Virus record (IMG/VR): IMGVR_UViG_3300016474_000139
Span: 1 to 34,258 of that record
Length of the DNA stretch: 34,258 nucleotides
Reading direction: 5' to 3' (one strand)
Origin: a virus
The position numbers and the translations under genes were made by a program. This document shows positions 32,043-34,258 of the stretch, piece by piece; the stretch's first letter is position 1; every line of letters starts with the position of its first letter. The notes below the pieces were generated by a model. That model was not told the origin of the DNA and made no database searches. It was given only the letters and a program-made list of their open reading frames with translations.

Positions 32043-32096
32043 CCACTGCGCGAACGGAATTGGCCGAAGGCGCAGCAACCCTGAAGGAGATGCCTG

Positions 32097-32774
32097 ATGG
32101 CAATCAACGTAAAAACGACCGGCAGCCTGGCTGCCAACGGTGTGAAGGTGCTCGTCTACGGGCAGGCTGGCGCTGGCAAAACCAGCCTGGTCAAGACGCT
32201 GCCCAACCCCATCGTCCTCTCGGCCGAAGGTGGCCTGCTGTCCATCCAGGACGCAGACCTGCCCTACATCGAGATCAGCGACATGGACACGCTCAAGGAG
32301 GCTTACACCTGGCTGACCAGCGCAGACGAGGCCAAGGCCTACCAATCGGTGGCCCTGGACTCGATCAGCGAGATTGCCGAGGTGGTTCTCAACGCCGAGA
32401 AAAAGGCGACCAAAGACCCGCGCCAGGCCTACGGTGCGATGCAGGAGCAGATGGCCGACATCATCCGGGCCTTCCGCGACCTGCCTGGCCGCCACGTCTA
32501 CATGAGCGCCAAGCTGGAGAAGACGCAGGACGAGATGGGCCGAGTGTTGTACGCGCCTTCGATGCCAGGCAACAAGACCGGCCAGGCGCTGCCCTACTTC
32601 TTTGACGAGGTGCTGGCGTTGCGGGTCGAGAAGGATGGCGAAGGCGTCACCCAGCGCGCCCTGATGTGCGACAGCGACGGCCTCTGGCTGGCCAAGGACC
32701 GCAGCGGCAAGCTGGAAGCCTGGGAAGCGCCGGACCTGGGCGCGATCATCGCCAAGATGCAGGGAGGCAAGTGA
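32097..32774 (+). CDS. AAA_24 / Sak4-like RecA-fold ATPase
   Basis: Walker A GQAGAGKTS and Walker B-like SVALDSISE are present. The protein is 225 aa. GAAGGAG lies 6 nt upstream. This is the first gene of the plus arm. Confidence 0.88.
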   Translation: MAINVKTTGSLAANGVKVLVYGQAGAGKTSLVKTLPNPIVLSAEGGLLSIQDADLPYIEISDMDTLKEAYTWLTSADEAKAYQSVALDSISEIAEVVLNAEKKATKDPRQAYGAMQEQMADIIRAFRDLPGRHVYMSAKLEKTQDEMGRVLYAPSMPGNKTGQALPYFFDEVLALRVEKDGEGVTQRALMCDSDGLWLAKDRSGKLEAWEAPDLGAIIAKMQGGK

Positions 32775-33193
32775 TGATGACAATCGACGACACGCTGAAG
32801 GTTGTTGACGACTTGAACGAGTTGTCCAACATGTGGTTGATCGCAAAACAGGCAGAGAAAGACGCCGTCGACGACCGCCGCAAGATCGAGGACCGCATCA
32901 AGAGCCTGGTGGGCTTTGCTGAGAACAGCGAAGGCACCGAGACGGTCGATCCGGACCAGTTCACGATCAAGATCGTTGGCCGCATTGACCGCAAGGTCGA
33001 TGGCGACAAGGTGCAGGAACTGGCCGCCGAGTTCGGCCTGACCGAGCACCTGGCCAGCCTCTTTCGGTGGAAGCCGGAAATCAACATGGCCGTCTGGAAG
33101 GCGACGGACGAGGCCATCACAAAGCCCCTCGCCGCGGCAATCACGGCCAAGCCTGGCCGCCCTTCATTCACCATCACTCGTAAGGAGAAATAA
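32774..33193 (+). CDS. hypothetical protein (139 aa)
   Basis: The ATG is in a TGATG overlap with the AAA_24 stop. It is a sub-ORF of track ORF 32666..33193. The protein is charged and helical. Confidence 0.7.
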   Translation: MMTIDDTLKVVDDLNELSNMWLIAKQAEKDAVDDRRKIEDRIKSLVGFAENSEGTETVDPDQFTIKIVGRIDRKVDGDKVQELAAEFGLTEHLASLFRWKPEINMAVWKATDEAITKPLAAAITAKPGRPSFTITRKEK

Positions 33194-33195
33194 AC

Positions 33196-33702
33196 ATGGC
33201 ATTCCTCGGACAAACTTTCGACGCAAACGAACTGCCCCAGGGCAACGGTGGCAACTACGACCCGCTGCCTGCTGGCTGGTACAACGCCAACATCACGGCC
33301 GCCGAACTCAAGCCAACCAAGGACGGATCGGGCCAGTACATCAAGGTCCGCTACGACATCACCGGGCCTTCCCACCAGGGCCGCGTGGTGTTCGGCAACC
33401 TCAACATCAAGAACGCCAGCGCCAAGGCCGAAGAGATCGGCCGCCAGCAGCTTGGCAAGATCATGCGTGCGATCGGCCTGGCCAAGGTCACAGACACCGA
33501 CCAACTGATCGGTGGCAGCCTTTCGATCAAACTTGATGTGCGCGCCGCAACCGAGCAGTATGCTGCTCAGAACGAGGTCAAGGGCTTCAAGGCGATCACC
33601 GGCAGCGCGCCGACCTTCGCAGCACCTGCAGTCTCGCCTGCCGCTTCCGCACCTGCATCGGCCGCGCCTGCCAAGGCCACACCACCCTGGGCCAAGAAGT
33701 AA
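33196..33702 (+). CDS. DUF669-type phage ssDNA-binding protein
   Basis: YDPLPAGWYNANI...KPTKDGSGQYIKVRYDI.GP..GR.VF fits my recollection of DUF669. The C-terminal tail is Ala/Pro-rich. A TAAGGAG RBS precedes the start. Confidence 0.8.
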   Translation: MAFLGQTFDANELPQGNGGNYDPLPAGWYNANITAAELKPTKDGSGQYIKVRYDITGPSHQGRVVFGNLNIKNASAKAEEIGRQQLGKIMRAIGLAKVTDTDQLIGGSLSIKLDVRAATEQYAAQNEVKGFKAITGSAPTFAAPAVSPAASAPASAAPAKATPPWAKK

Positions 33703-33733
33703 AAAAATCCCCGGCCTCGCAAGAGGACCGGGG
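33701..33733 (-). terminator. intrinsic-terminator-like hairpin oriented against the plus arm
   Basis: CCCCGGCCTC-GCAA-GAGGACCGGGG occupies 33709-33733, a 10-bp stem with one bulge. An A7 run at 33701-33707 becomes a U-tract only for a minus-strand transcript. Confidence 0.5.
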
Positions 33734-33758
33734 TGACAACTGCATGAAGGAGATACCC

Positions 33759-34258
33759 ATGAAGATACCAGATTCAGAGCATAGCATCCAGGCCAAAATC
33801 GACAAGCACCACGAGTCTTTGGCCGAGCCTCCAAGGCCGCACATGGGCTGCAGCCAGTTGGGCCATCCCTGCGACCGCTGGCTGTGGCTGTCCTTTCGGT
33901 GGGCCGTGCAGCCACAGTTCCCTGGCCGCATCCTGCGCCTGTTCCGCCGGGGCCAGATGGAGGAGGCCACCATCGTGTCTGACCTGCGCGCCATCGGTCT
34001 GGATGTGCGTGGCGCAGGCAAGCAGCAGGCGCGCGTGGACTTCGGTGCGCACGTGTCTGGCAGCATTGACGCCATCATCGAGTCTGGCGTGCCTGAAGCG
34101 CCCAAGAAGCGCCACATCGCCGAGTTCAAGACCCACAGCGCCAAGTCGTTCTCCGACCTGGAGAAGAACGGGGTCGAGAAGTCCAAGCCCGAGCACTGGG
34201 TCCAGATGCAGCTATACATGCACGGCACCAAGATCGACCGCGCCTTGTACCTGGCCGT
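33759..34258 (+). CDS. Cas4/RecB-like PD-(D/E)XK exonuclease, 5' part (continues at 1..551)
   Basis: ATG 33759 has AAGGAG upstream. The N-terminal Cys residues (GCSQLGHPCDRW), the nuclease core IDAII...IAEFKTH (D...ExK) and QMQLY (QxxxY) are present. The ORF is open to the end of the window. Confidence 0.8.
   Translation, partial: MKIPDSEHSIQAKIDKHHESLAEPPRPHMGCSQLGHPCDRWLWLSFRWAVQPQFPGRILRLFRRGQMEEATIVSDLRAIGLDVRGAGKQQARVDFGAHVSGSIDAIIESGVPEAPKKRHIAEFKTHSAKSFSDLEKNGVEKSKPEHWVQMQLYMHGTKIDRALYLA
34237..34258. repeat. 22-nt terminal overlap identical to positions 1-22 (circular closure)
   Basis: ACCGCGCCTTGTACCTGGCCGT occurs at both ends of the window. Confidence 0.95.

Noticed and set aside
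31788-32846. Track ORF of 352 aa on the minus strand that spans the control region and the AAA_24 gene.
   Set aside because: Only the last 61 codons (from ATG 31973, with an RBS and an HTH motif) look genuine. The upstream part is antisense to the well-supported AAA_24 gene and crosses the promoter region.
34237-34258. The 22-nt terminal repeat as a biological direct terminal repeat or cos site.
   Set aside because: It is too short for a terminal redundancy, it lies inside a coding sequence, and its length is what a k-mer overlap of a circularised assembly would give. I treat it as an assembly closure artefact.
1-34258. tRNA genes, CRISPR arrays, an integrase/attP site, or IS or transposon ends.
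   Set aside because: All noncoding gaps are 220 bp or shorter, and I inspected each one. None has cloverleaf-compatible or repeat-spacer structure. No recombinase or transposase motif is seen in any frame of a plausible ORF.

Overview
The window is a complete phage genome that closes on itself. Nucleotides 1-22 are identical to 34237-34258, and one ORF reads through that junction, so the unique length is 34,236 bp.

Gene organisation:
- The genome is high-GC and gene-dense, and most gene junctions are ATGA or TGATG overlaps.
- It forms two divergent arms that start at a single control region (31974-32096) and converge on hairpin terminators at 6498-6556.
- The plus arm (32097, across the junction, to 6498) carries a recombination and replication set: a Sak4-like AAA_24 ATPase, a DUF669 SSB-like protein, a Cas4-like exonuclease, an SF2 helicase, a MazG-like protein and a VRR-NUC nuclease. 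About ten very small ORFs follow.
- The minus arm (31973 down to 6557) carries, in order:
  - a Cro-like HTH protein and a Toprim/RepA-type primase-helicase;
  - a split ParB/N6-methyltransferase and the small and large terminase subunits;
  - a P22-like virion module (portal, scaffold, coat, gp4-like, gp10-like, needle-position protein, ejection-protein analogues);
  - a visibly AT-richer tailspike/tail-fibre cassette;
  - an M15 endolysin plus a 3-TM holin.
- I found no integrase, large repressor, DNA polymerase, tRNA, CRISPR array or reverse transcriptase.

Main hunt results:
1. A 10-bp-phased TAGGGGC iteron cluster with a perfect DnaA box lies next to the primase-helicase gene.
2. The control region holds two mirror-symmetric, fully overlapping divergent promoters built on an inverted repeat.
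3. The ParB domain and the methyltransferase domain lie in different reading frames. The same 12 nt encodes GHGR in one frame and VMVA in the other.
4. Two paralogous 111-aa genes sit in tandem inside the P22-like synteny, with a possible third copy beside the tail fibre.
5. Two free-standing HNH genes interrupt the virion module, and one of them is antisense to it.
6. The lysis cassette is non-canonical, with no recognisable spanin.
7. Several sub-60-aa genes that are translationally coupled to their neighbours are missing from the ORF track.

All family assignments come from motifs I recognise by eye. No database search was run.
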